Assembly: GCF_028368995.1 (NCBI RefSeq)
Contig: NZ_JAQNDL010000002.1
Span: 128,001 to 192,000, forward strand
Origin: Nannocystis bainbridge
GTDB taxonomy: Bacteria; Myxococcota_A; Polyangia; Nannocystales; Nannocystaceae
DNA: 64,000 nucleotides
Direction: 5' to 3'
Below, in pieces: positions 9,365-17,733 of the stretch. Within the stretch, counting starts at the first letter, position 1. Each line of letters starts with the position of its first letter. Made by a program: the position numbers and the translations under genes. The notes under the pieces were generated by a model. That model worked only from the letters and a program-made list of their open reading frames with translations, did not search any database and had not been told where the DNA came from.

Positions 9365-10747
9365 TCAGGCCAGGAGGGCGGCGCACGGGGTGTTGGAGTA
9401 GCCGTCGCCGTCGCCGTTGGTGGCGCCGACCTCGGTGGCCTCGGGCACGACCGACTGCAGGCACGCGAGCAGGATGTCCGACGTGTTCTCGCTCGAGGGC
9501 GAGTGGTAGTGCTCGGCGGGGTAGCGCAGGGCGCCGCCGCCGCGGCCGGCGACGATGCACGGCTGGTCGAACACGCTGTGGGTGTAGCCCGAGGCGGCGT
9601 CGCTGCCGAGGATCACGCACGAGTTGTCGAGCAGGTTGCCGTCGCCCTCGGGCGTCTCCTTGAGGCGATTGAGCAGGACGGCGAAGCACTCGACGGTCTT
9701 GATCGTGGACTGGTCGACCGCCTCGTTGTCGGCGGTGTCGTGGGTCATGTCGTGGTGACCCTTGCTGTGGCCGAGGCTCTTGAACACGTGATAACCGACC
9801 GAGCCCGAGAACTGGATGCTGACGATCCGGGTCAGGTCGCAGCGGAACGCCTCGATGATGATGTCGACCATCGCCGCGTTGACGAGCTCGATCGGCTCGG
9901 CGCCGTCCATGTCGCTGTTGGTCTCGATCGGCATGCCCGGCAGGATGCAGGCCGGCGGCAGGGTCTCGATCTGCTTCTTGATCTGCTCGACGCTGGCGAG
10001 GTGAGCGTCGAGGCGCAGCTTGTCGGCGCTGCCGACCCGCAGCTTGAGCGCCTTCACGTCCTCGCGCACGGCGTCGAGGATGTCGACGCGCGGGCCCTTG
10101 GTCGGATCGTCGGGCGGGACGAAGCTCTCGAACAGGGCGGCGAAGGCCAGCTGCGGGTTGAAGAACGGCGGCAGCGGCTGGTCCGGGCCCTTGTGCGACA
10201 GGTACTGCAGGGTCGGGCCCTCGCCGCCGATGACGCGCTTCGAGATGGCGAGCTGCAGCGACGGCATGAAGGTCTGGGCGCCGACGGCGGCGGCGGCGAC
10301 CTGATCGATCGAGGGGCCGCCGAACTTGGAGGAGTAGCTGTTCTCGGCGTGCGGCAGCTCGATGAACGGGTAGCCGGAGAAGAAGCCGGCGCAGCCGTCG
10401 TGGTGGCCGCGGCGGTGCTTGGACGCGGCCTTGATGTCGAAGCCGGTCAGCAGGTTGCAGTACTCGCGCACGCCCTCGAGCGCGGCCAGCTGCGGGGTCA
10501 GCGGGTAGCCCGGACCGGTCTCGGCGGGGGCCCAGCGGTTGCCCTTGCCGACGTCGGCGGGGTCGACGAGGGCGACGCCGTTGCCGAAGTGCCAGGTGAT
10601 CATGCGCCGCGGCAGGGCGGTGCCGTCGGCGTGGGCGGTGCCGTTCGAGTTGAGCATGACCTCGAGCAGCGGGAGCGCGAGCGCGACGGAGGTGCCGCCG
10701 GCGACGCCGCGGAGCATGGTGCGACGGCTGAGTTGATGGCGCTTCAT
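9365..10747 (-). CDS. DUF1552 (HXXSHH-type) domain protein with Tat-like signal
   Basis: SRRTMLRG N-terminus, ALPLLE, GPSIDQ, DKLRLDAHL, CDLTRIVS, GHHDMTHD, NLLDNS; AAGGAG RBS. Confidence 0.85.
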   Translation of the reverse strand: MKRHQLSRRTMLRGVAGGTSVALALPLLEVMLNSNGTAHADGTALPRRMITWHFGNGVALVDPADVGKGNRWAPAETGPGYPLTPQLAALEGVREYCNLLTGFDIKAASKHRRGHHDGCAGFFSGYPFIELPHAENSYSSKFGGPSIDQVAAAAVGAQTFMPSLQLAISKRVIGGEGPTLQYLSHKGPDQPLPPFFNPQLAFAALFESFVPPDDPTKGPRVDILDAVREDVKALKLRVGSADKLRLDAHLASVEQIKKQIETLPPACILPGMPIETNSDMDGAEPIELVNAAMVDIIIEAFRCDLTRIVSIQFSGSVGYHVFKSLGHSKGHHDMTHDTADNEAVDQSTIKTVECFAVLLNRLKETPEGDGNLLDNSCVILGSDAASGYTHSVFDQPCIVAGRGGGALRYPAEHYHSPSSENTSDILLACLQSVVPEATEVGATNGDGDGYSNTPCAALLA

Positions 10748-10761
10748 GACTCGTGCTCCTT

Positions 10762-12531
10762 TCACTCGGGGGTGCCCACGCGCAGGAAGGCGGGGCTGGC
10801 GACGAGCTCGGCGAGGAGCTCCTTCATGCGGTACTCGTTGTCCTCGAACACCTGGTCGAGGTCTTTCAGCGCGTCGGCCTCGCCGGGCAATTCGAGGTGG
10901 CCGGTGGCGTGGCGGAACAGGTTGCGCACGAGGCAGCGGGTGACCGCGGGGCTCTCGCGCAGGAGGCCGCCGAGCTGGCGGGCGCCGTCGAACTCGCCGC
11001 CGTCGAGCACGCTCTTGGTGTCGAGGTCGACGCCGTTCTCGGTCAGGCGGAAGGCGCCGATGCCGTCGAAGTTCTCGAGGCCGAAGCCGATGTCGTCCAT
11101 GAGCTTGTGGCAGCCGGAGCAGGACGGGTTGGTCTGGTGCTCGGCGAGGCGGTCGCGCATCGTCTTGTACTCCTCGCCGTTCGGCAGCTCGGTGACGATG
11201 TCGGGCGGCGGCGCCGGGATGCCCTGGCACATCAAGACCTCGCGCACGAACTTGCCGCGCAGGGTCGGCGAGCTGCTGCTGATGTGGGCGTAGGCGGCGA
11301 GGAAGCCGCCCTGGCCGAGCAGACCGCCGCGCTTGCCCTCGACCGGGAGGTCGAACTTCTGCCACACGTCGCCGAGCACGCCCGCGTCGGGGATGAGGCC
11401 GTAGAGCTGGGCCAGCGGGCCGTTGGCGAAGGTGTAGGGGGCGTCGAGGAAGTCGCGGAAGTCGGCCTCGCGGGTGAAGGCGATGTCGTCGATGAGCTTC
11501 AACGCCTCGTCGCGCATGCTGGCCCCGAGCGCGGGCGTCCAGGCCGGGAACACGCCCGGGTCCTTCGGCAGGGCCTCGAGGGTGCGCAGGCGCAGGACCT
11601 CGGCGAAGAACCCGCCGAGAGCGCCGCGCGCGGCCGGGGTCTCGAGCATGGTCCAGGCGACGCCGCGCACGGCGTCGGCCGTGGCGAGCCCGTCAGTCTC
11701 GCCGAGGTCGATAAGCTCGCGGGTCGGCGTGGTGTCGAGGAGGAAGAAGCTGAGCCGCGTGGCGAGCTCGACGCCGGTGAGCACGCGCTGGCCCGGAGCG
11801 TCGGGGTCGGGCTCGCCGACCTCGACCTGATAAAGGAAGTAGGGCGACTGCAGCATGCCGGCGACGGCGAACTCGCGGCCCGACTCCCAGTTGCCGAACG
11901 CGAGCGCGGCGTCGCGACCGACCGCGCCGTAGCGATCGATCTCGGCCTGCGTGAGGCTGCGGCGCCAGGCGACGCGGCCGAAGTTGGCGACGAACTCCTT
12001 GTGACAGGCGTCGTCGTCGGCGCCGGTCGGGACGCAGGTGTGGTAGCTGGCGAGGATGGCGTCGTCGGCGGCGGCGGCGACCTTGCGCGCCGATTTCTCG
12101 TAGGTGTCGACGGCCTGGTCGTTGAGCGCGAGCTGGGCGGCGCCGATCGCCTCGAAGCCGTTGAGCGCGCTGTCCGGCGGGGTCTCGGCCTCGGCTACCG
12201 CGGCGTCGCCGAGCAGGTAGGCGACCGAGCTCCGGTACTGGCGGGCGAGCAGGATGCGCAGGCGGGCCGGAGCCGGGGCGAACTCTTCCCCACCGCCGTC
12301 AGTCGGGTCGGTGCCCTCGGTCGGATCGCCGTCGGTGCCGGCGGAATTGGCCCCGCCGGTCTCGGTGGGATCCTCGCCGCCGGTGAGGGTGGGGTTGCTG
12401 GCGCTCTGGTCCTGGCCGGCGCCGTGATAGCAACCGCCGGCGAGGCTCGCCGTGAGGGTGAGGAGGACCGCGAGACCGCCCGGACCTTGCGGCCGGGATG
12501 GTGTGCGGGCGAAACGACGCTGCCTGGGCAT
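10762..12531 (-). CDS. DUF1592/DUF1588/DUF1585/DUF1595 lipoprotein with CxxCH heme-binding motif
   Basis: Lipobox LAGGC, LQSPYFLY, ELATRLSFFL, RGGLLGQ, SSPTLRGKFV, CSGCH, GFGLENFDGIG; AAGGAG RBS. Confidence 0.88.
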   Translation of the reverse strand: MPRQRRFARTPSRPQGPGGLAVLLTLTASLAGGCYHGAGQDQSASNPTLTGGEDPTETGGANSAGTDGDPTEGTDPTDGGGEEFAPAPARLRILLARQYRSSVAYLLGDAAVAEAETPPDSALNGFEAIGAAQLALNDQAVDTYEKSARKVAAAADDAILASYHTCVPTGADDDACHKEFVANFGRVAWRRSLTQAEIDRYGAVGRDAALAFGNWESGREFAVAGMLQSPYFLYQVEVGEPDPDAPGQRVLTGVELATRLSFFLLDTTPTRELIDLGETDGLATADAVRGVAWTMLETPAARGALGGFFAEVLRLRTLEALPKDPGVFPAWTPALGASMRDEALKLIDDIAFTREADFRDFLDAPYTFANGPLAQLYGLIPDAGVLGDVWQKFDLPVEGKRGGLLGQGGFLAAYAHISSSSPTLRGKFVREVLMCQGIPAPPPDIVTELPNGEEYKTMRDRLAEHQTNPSCSGCHKLMDDIGFGLENFDGIGAFRLTENGVDLDTKSVLDGGEFDGARQLGGLLRESPAVTRCLVRNLFRHATGHLELPGEADALKDLDQVFEDNEYRMKELLAELVASPAFLRVGTPE

Positions 12532-12702
12532 GGGCGGCTCCTTGCGGGGGACGATCCACCATAAAGGGGTCCCAGGATCTGCGTCCACGGCGCGCACGTG
12601 AGGGGGACTGTCTGCTGAGATTCCCTGTCCGCAGAAGACCCCACGCGCCGAGGTCGCGTCGTGACGCGCGCGTGAAAGCGTTGTATTACCGATCCCGGAG
12701 CG

Positions 12703-13233
12703 ATGAACCTCCTCCCACCGACGTACATCTGCCTCGACCTGCCCGAGCCGCAGGCGTCGGAAGTGATGGCGCTGCGTCGCCGCTACTGCCAGCGGCTCAA
12801 GGACTTCCCGCCGGAGATCACGGTCACCGGCTCGAGCGGCGTGGGAGCGATGCTGCCGCAGCCCGAGTGGGACCGCGTCGAGCCCAAGCTCGAGGCGCTG
12901 GCGCAGGAGTGGGCGCCGATCCGCGCGAGCCTCGGCGGGATGGTCCGCTTCCCGGACACCGACATCTTCTGCCTCAGCATGTCGGACCCGATGCCGTTCA
13001 TGGCCCTCCACGAGGCGCTCAAGCACTCGGGCATCGCGTTCGAGGACAGCCAGTTCCCGTTCTTCCCCCACTGCACGATCCGCATGGCGGGGCCGCTCAC
13101 CGACGCGGACATCAGCGCGCTGTTCTCGTTGACCGTGCCCGGCGAGTTCGTGATCGCCGAGCTGGCCCTGTATCAGCGCACGAGCGACGACCGGATCGTG
13201 CGCGTGTGGTCGCGGCCGCTCGCGGGCGCGTGA
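12703..13233 (+). CDS. 2H phosphoesterase / 2'-5' RNA ligase-like protein with degenerate first motif
   Basis: PEITV and FFPHCTI about 85 aa apart; 176 aa. Confidence 0.65.
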   Translation: MNLLPPTYICLDLPEPQASEVMALRRRYCQRLKDFPPEITVTGSSGVGAMLPQPEWDRVEPKLEALAQEWAPIRASLGGMVRFPDTDIFCLSMSDPMPFMALHEALKHSGIAFEDSQFPFFPHCTIRMAGPLTDADISALFSLTVPGEFVIAELALYQRTSDDRIVRVWSRPLAGA

Positions 13234-13453
13234 CGCGAGCTCGCGGTCGGCTCGGGGGCTCGCCGGCAGGCTGCGCGTCCTCGTGGGCGGCGAGCCGCAG
13301 ACGAGCGACGCGCGGGCGCTGCGAGGACGCGCGACGTGGTCGCCGTTCGTGGGCTGCGCGATAAAAGCGGCGAGGAGATCCCGCGCCGCGGCCGTTCTGC
13401 GCGCAGCGCGAGGCCGGGGGCGTTCCTGCTCGAAGCGGAGGGCGCGGTCGAGA

Positions 13454-13519
13454 GGGCATGTCGCATCGGACATGTTTCATCGGACATGTCAACGAGGACA
13501 TGCCGCGAGGGACATGTCC
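13454..13519. repeat. 14-bp-period CATG array
   Basis: CATG at 13457, 13471, 13485, 13499, 13513; abuts the stop of the convergent gene. Confidence 0.9.
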
Positions 13520-15106
13520 TCAGCGCGCGGCTTGCAGGGTCGGCGCCAGCATGCCGGCGAGGCAGCCGAGGGCGGCGTTGTAATCGCTGTCGCAGACCGA
13601 CTCGATGCAGCAGCGCACGCCGCGTTCGTCGACGGCGGTGTCCGGGTCGTCGGGCAGGTCGAGCGACTGGCAGACCTCCTGGATCCGCCCGGGCGGGACC
13701 GCCTGGCCGGCCGGGCCGACGCAGCCGGGGCCGATGCCGAACTCGAACTGCTTGTCGGCCGGGGTGTCGGTGTCGCCGGGCAGGATGTCCTCGGGCCGCC
13801 AGTCGCGGTAGACGAGGGCCTCGGCGCCGCCGGACAGCGGTTCGAACGGCGGGTCGTCGCTGTGCGCGGTGACCTGCGGGACGCCGCCGAGCACCAGCAT
13901 GACGACCTCCTTGTCGTGGAGCTGGCGCAGGCTGGTCAGGGTCTCGACGTAGCGGGCGACCGGGTAGAGGACCTGCTTGTCCTCGGACATGCACCACTCG
14001 TACACGCCGTCGTCGTCGTCGTCGGCGCAGGTCATGCCGGCGTTCCAGCACACGGCGCTGGTCGGCTCGCGCTTCTGGCCGCTGTCGGGGTCGAGCGGCC
14101 AGTACTTGCCGAACTCGGGGTCGTCCTGCAGCTTGGGGTCGAAGTAGGCGAAGTTGAGGGTCGAGCAGTCGGTCTCGTCGGTGACGAGGACGATCGCCAG
14201 CGGCGCGCCAGGGCGCAGGAACGGCCGCTCGCCGCGGTTCCAGCGGGCGCCGAAGTCGAGCGCGCGGGTCATGGCCTCGAGCGGCGACTCCATGCCGCAG
14301 CCGTCGATGCCCTGGGGGCCGATGCAGGCGAGGGCGTCGGCGGCGGCGTCACCCAGACCGTCAGGGTCGATGACGTTGTGGGTGGTGGGGTTGAAGTGGA
14401 TGAACGGATCGGTCGGGACCGAGGGGGCGGCCTGCGAGCAGCGCGAGGTGCAGATCTCGGGCATCACCGGCGGGTCGGCGCCGAGGCCGGTAAACCGCGT
14501 CAGCCGCTCGGTGCAGGGAGTCTCGATCGGCTGGCCGTCAGCGGCGTCGTAGTCGGGCTTCTCGAACGGGGTGCACAGCGGGTGCGGCACGTCAGTGGTG
14601 GTGACCATGATGTGCACGTCGGCGCCGACGAGCTTGCCGTTGGCGTCGCTGAGGCCGCGCAGCAGCGAGACGAAGGCGGGGAAGCTGTCGGCGAGCTGGC
14701 TCTGCTCCTCGCCCATGGTGCCCGAGTTGTCGATGACGAACAGGACGTCGAGCTGATCGCACGAGCCGCCGTCGCTGCAGCCGAGCGGCGGCGGCGGCTC
14801 CTCGCCGGTGGTCACGGGCTCGCCGGTGGTGCCCACGGGCTCCTCGCCGGTGGTCACGGGATCGAAGGTGGTGGTCGGCGGCGGTCCGGCGGTGGTGTCG
14901 TCGACCGGCGGCGCGGTGACGACGAGGGTGCCCTGGCCGGTGGTGCCGTCGGTGTCGCTGGCGTGGGGGAACTCGCCGAGGCCGCTGGGATCGAGGAAGC
15001 AGGCGAGCTGTACCAAAGGACAGGTGAGAACCACGGCGCGGCAGACCCTCGCCGCGGAGGCGATGGTGCTGCGGTGCGTGCGGGGCGTGGGCACGGGGGG
15101 TCTCAC
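13520..15106 (-). CDS. Lipoprotein with Thr-rich stalk and Cys-rich vWA-like domain
   Basis: QLAC lipobox, TTGE repeats, LDVLFVIDNSGTM (MIDAS-like), IVLVTDETDCS. Confidence 0.8.
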   Translation of the reverse strand: MRPPVPTPRTHRSTIASAARVCRAVVLTCPLVQLACFLDPSGLGEFPHASDTDGTTGQGTLVVTAPPVDDTTAGPPPTTTFDPVTTGEEPVGTTGEPVTTGEEPPPPLGCSDGGSCDQLDVLFVIDNSGTMGEEQSQLADSFPAFVSLLRGLSDANGKLVGADVHIMVTTTDVPHPLCTPFEKPDYDAADGQPIETPCTERLTRFTGLGADPPVMPEICTSRCSQAAPSVPTDPFIHFNPTTHNVIDPDGLGDAAADALACIGPQGIDGCGMESPLEAMTRALDFGARWNRGERPFLRPGAPLAIVLVTDETDCSTLNFAYFDPKLQDDPEFGKYWPLDPDSGQKREPTSAVCWNAGMTCADDDDDGVYEWCMSEDKQVLYPVARYVETLTSLRQLHDKEVVMLVLGGVPQVTAHSDDPPFEPLSGGAEALVYRDWRPEDILPGDTDTPADKQFEFGIGPGCVGPAGQAVPPGRIQEVCQSLDLPDDPDTAVDERGVRCCIESVCDSDYNAALGCLAGMLAPTLQAAR

Positions 15107-15115
15107 CCGCCGCGG

Positions 15116-15826
15116 TCAGGGCTGCGCGGCCGGTTCATTACAAAGCGTGGCCGCCCGGTCGACCAGAGGCGAGCCCGGGAATTGTCGCGGGTAGCTGGTG
15201 GCGAGCTGGCGCGCGGCGTCGCGCTGGCCGAGGGCGCAGCGGGCCTCGATCTCGAGCAGGCCGCGCTCGGCCGCCAGGATCCCGCCGGGGAACCGCCTGG
15301 CGTGCTCCTCGAGGAGCTGCAGGCGCTCGGCGGGCCCGGCCAGCTTGGCCCGCCGTAGCAGGTCGACCTCGGCGGCGACGCTGTCCTCACGTGCAGGCCG
15401 GCGGGTCTTGGAGGTGTCCGAAGGGACAGGTTTGTCGGCGGGCGGCTCGTCAGGCGCGACCTCGAGGATGGGCTCGGGGGCCGGGGCGCGGGCCTCATCG
15501 GCGCGGCGGACGGGCTCGGCGGTGTGCGAGGCGTCGCCCTCGCGGGCCTGGTAGGGCGCGGCGACGTGGTTTTGCGGCGCCTCGCCGCCCCGCGTGACGG
15601 CCCAGGTCAGGGCCAGCAAGACGCCGGCGGCCAGAGCGAAGCCGGCGAACACGCGCGGGGCGAGGCGCGAACGAGGATGTGCTTCGTCGTCGAGGTCGTC
15701 GCTGCCGACCTCGTCGCGGCGCTGCTCGAGCGCGGCGAGGACACGATCGGCGATGGCGCGGTCGGGCGACTCGGCCCTGCGAAATGCGGCCAGGCGCGCC
15801 CGCGCCTCCGAACTCAGCGGTTCCAT
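15116..15826 (-). CDS. Putative membrane-anchored anti-sigma-like protein with C-terminal TPR-like helices
   Basis: Directly after the ECF sigma gene; one TM segment, Pro linker, EEHARRFPGGILAAER...CALG. Confidence 0.7.
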   Translation of the reverse strand: MEPLSSEARARLAAFRRAESPDRAIADRVLAALEQRRDEVGSDDLDDEAHPRSRLAPRVFAGFALAAGVLLALTWAVTRGGEAPQNHVAAPYQAREGDASHTAEPVRRADEARAPAPEPILEVAPDEPPADKPVPSDTSKTRRPAREDSVAAEVDLLRRAKLAGPAERLQLLEEHARRFPGGILAAERGLLEIEARCALGQRDAARQLATSYPRQFPGSPLVDRAATLCNEPAAQP

Positions 15827-16395
15827 GCAGCTTGCCTCCCATCCGTCCGCTCGGTCTCGGCGATGGCGCGCTCGAACTCGGCGCGAGCGGCCCGCAGACG
15901 CGAATAGACGGTGTTCAGTTTGACATCGAGGGCCTGGGAGATCTCCGGCGCCGTGAAGCCCTCGAGGTCGGCCAGGATGAAGACCATGCGCTTGTCGTTG
16001 TCGAGGCTGTCGAGGAAGCGCTGAACGAACTCAGCGGCCTCGGCGCGCTCGGCGTCGCGCTCGCGCGGTTGGTGGGTATGGACGACGGCGAACGCCTGGA
16101 TCCGGCGCTCGTGGCGCCGCAGGCCGCGGCGGAAATCGCTGGCGACCCGCCGGGCGGTGCCGAACAGCCAGCTCCGCAGCGAGATCTGCGGATCGAGGCC
16201 CGGGAGGCGGCGGTGGAGCACGAGGAACACGTCCTGGGCGGCGTCCTCGAGCTGGTCGTAAGGGACCCCGAGGCGACGGAGGATCCGCCAGACGAGGTCG
16301 AAGTAAGCGTAGTAGACGGTGGCGAACCCGCGCTGCGCGTGCTCCTCGGGGCCAGGGCCAGGTATGGGCGGCTGAAGCTTCAGCACGGCAGTCAC
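15814..16395 (-). CDS. ECF RNA polymerase sigma factor
   Basis: EDAAQDVF, LRSWLFG, VFILADLEG...EIS...NTVYSRLRAAR; GTG start overlaps the upstream TGA. Confidence 0.9.
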   Translation of the reverse strand: MTAVLKLQPPIPGPGPEEHAQRGFATVYYAYFDLVWRILRRLGVPYDQLEDAAQDVFLVLHRRLPGLDPQISLRSWLFGTARRVASDFRRGLRRHERRIQAFAVVHTHQPRERDAERAEAAEFVQRFLDSLDNDKRMVFILADLEGFTAPEISQALDVKLNTVYSRLRAARAEFERAIAETERTDGRQAAWNR

Positions 16396-17456
16396 TTGTT
16401 TCGTGGCCAAGCTCGGCCGCTTCCGTCACGGCGCGCGCCGGGGCCGAGACGAATCTCGACGCCGGCGCCGGCCCGGACGCCGACCGGCTGGGTGATGAAG
16501 ACGACCTGGTCGCTGATCGCAAACGGTGCGCGCAGAGGGGCGACCACGAATTCGGTGCGCAGGCCGAGGCCGACGCGCGGGTGCGGCGACCACACCAGGC
16601 CGACGCCGAGCAGGGCGGCGAGCCAGGGCGGGCGGGCCCGTCGCGGGTCGACGGTGATGCCGGCGCCCTCGGCCAGCAGCTGGCCGGCTTCGATGCCGAG
16701 GCACAGCGGGATCTCGAGCACGCCGCGGACGAATCGGCCGCAACCGCGGGCCCCGAGCGCCCAGCGGGCGACCATGCCGACGCGAGCGTCCTCGAAGGTC
16801 AGCGGGCGGGCCGGCATGTAGTGACCGAAGACCTCGAAGCGGAGGCGGCGGTGGAGGAGGCCGACGGCCGCGCCGATGTCCCCGGCGATCGTCGGCGTGG
16901 CGCCGGCGTCGATGGCCCCGTCGACCCGCAGCAGCGCGGTGAGCCGGCGTGGGGGCGGGCGCGGGGACGGGGGCGGGGCCGCGGGTGATGCGGGCTCGGG
17001 CTCGGGCTCGGGCGCGGGCGCGGGCGGGGTCGGCGTGGGCGCGACGACCTCGGGCGGCGGGGGGACCGGGGTCGGCGGGGCGGGCTCGGGCACAGGCTCG
17101 GGCGCGGGCTCGGGGGCTGGCGCGGGCGGGGCGAGCTGGCCGGCGAACTCGAGCGGGTCGATGGCGATGGCGATGATCAGGGCGGCGGCGCCGTCGAGCG
17201 ACTCGCAGGCGTCGGCGCGCTCGATCCGTCGCTGGGTGAGCTGGGGGGTGTGGATGTCGAGCCGCAGCTCGTAGCGCCCGGAGATCCGGCGGACGACGCC
17301 GCGCACGCGCACGCCCTCGAGGTCGGGCGGCCGCGTGAGGGCGGCGAGGGCGCCGAGGACGTCGTCGCGGGTCGGACAGCCGGCGGGGGCGCGCCACTCG
17401 ATCGCGGGCGGTCCGGCCAGCGAGAGGAGGAGCAATCCGGAGGTCGGCCCGAGCAT
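16392..17456 (-). CDS. Secreted or outer-membrane hypothetical protein (Cys-pair N-domain, Pro linker, beta-barrel-like C-terminus)
   Basis: Signal peptide, WRAPAGCP..C, alternating beta-strand pattern ending VRAGAGVEIRL. Confidence 0.7.
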   Translation of the reverse strand: MLGPTSGLLLLSLAGPPAIEWRAPAGCPTRDDVLGALAALTRPPDLEGVRVRGVVRRISGRYELRLDIHTPQLTQRRIERADACESLDGAAALIIAIAIDPLEFAGQLAPPAPAPEPAPEPVPEPAPPTPVPPPPEVVAPTPTPPAPAPEPEPEPASPAAPPPSPRPPPRRLTALLRVDGAIDAGATPTIAGDIGAAVGLLHRRLRFEVFGHYMPARPLTFEDARVGMVARWALGARGCGRFVRGVLEIPLCLGIEAGQLLAEGAGITVDPRRARPPWLAALLGVGLVWSPHPRVGLGLRTEFVVAPLRAPFAISDQVVFITQPVGVRAGAGVEIRLGPGARRDGSGRAWPRNK

Positions 17457-17733
17457 GAGCGCAGCAGCGTCGGATGGTAGGCCCGAGCGCGGTCGGGACG
17501 CCAGGGGCTGGGGCGGGGTCCGTGGGCCGTTCGGCGGCGAGGTTGCGATCTGTCTCTCGGGACATGTGATTGCCGGGCCTGCCGGAGGTCAGGGCGGTTC
17601 CGAGCCGGCTCGCCGGCGCGCTCGCAGGCAGGCCGCGGGGGTGTCAGCGCGGGCGAGGCGGCGGCGTTGTGGGGCTGCACGCCGGGACCCGGGGCTGTCA
17701 AGCTGACCCGAGTCCCGGCCCAAGGAGACGCGC

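Noticed and set aside
13454-13519. RRRCATGYYY decamers matching p53 half-sites
   Set aside because: Bacterial context; isolated copies show the unit is TGTCY-N4-RGACA and the decamer is only the junction between units
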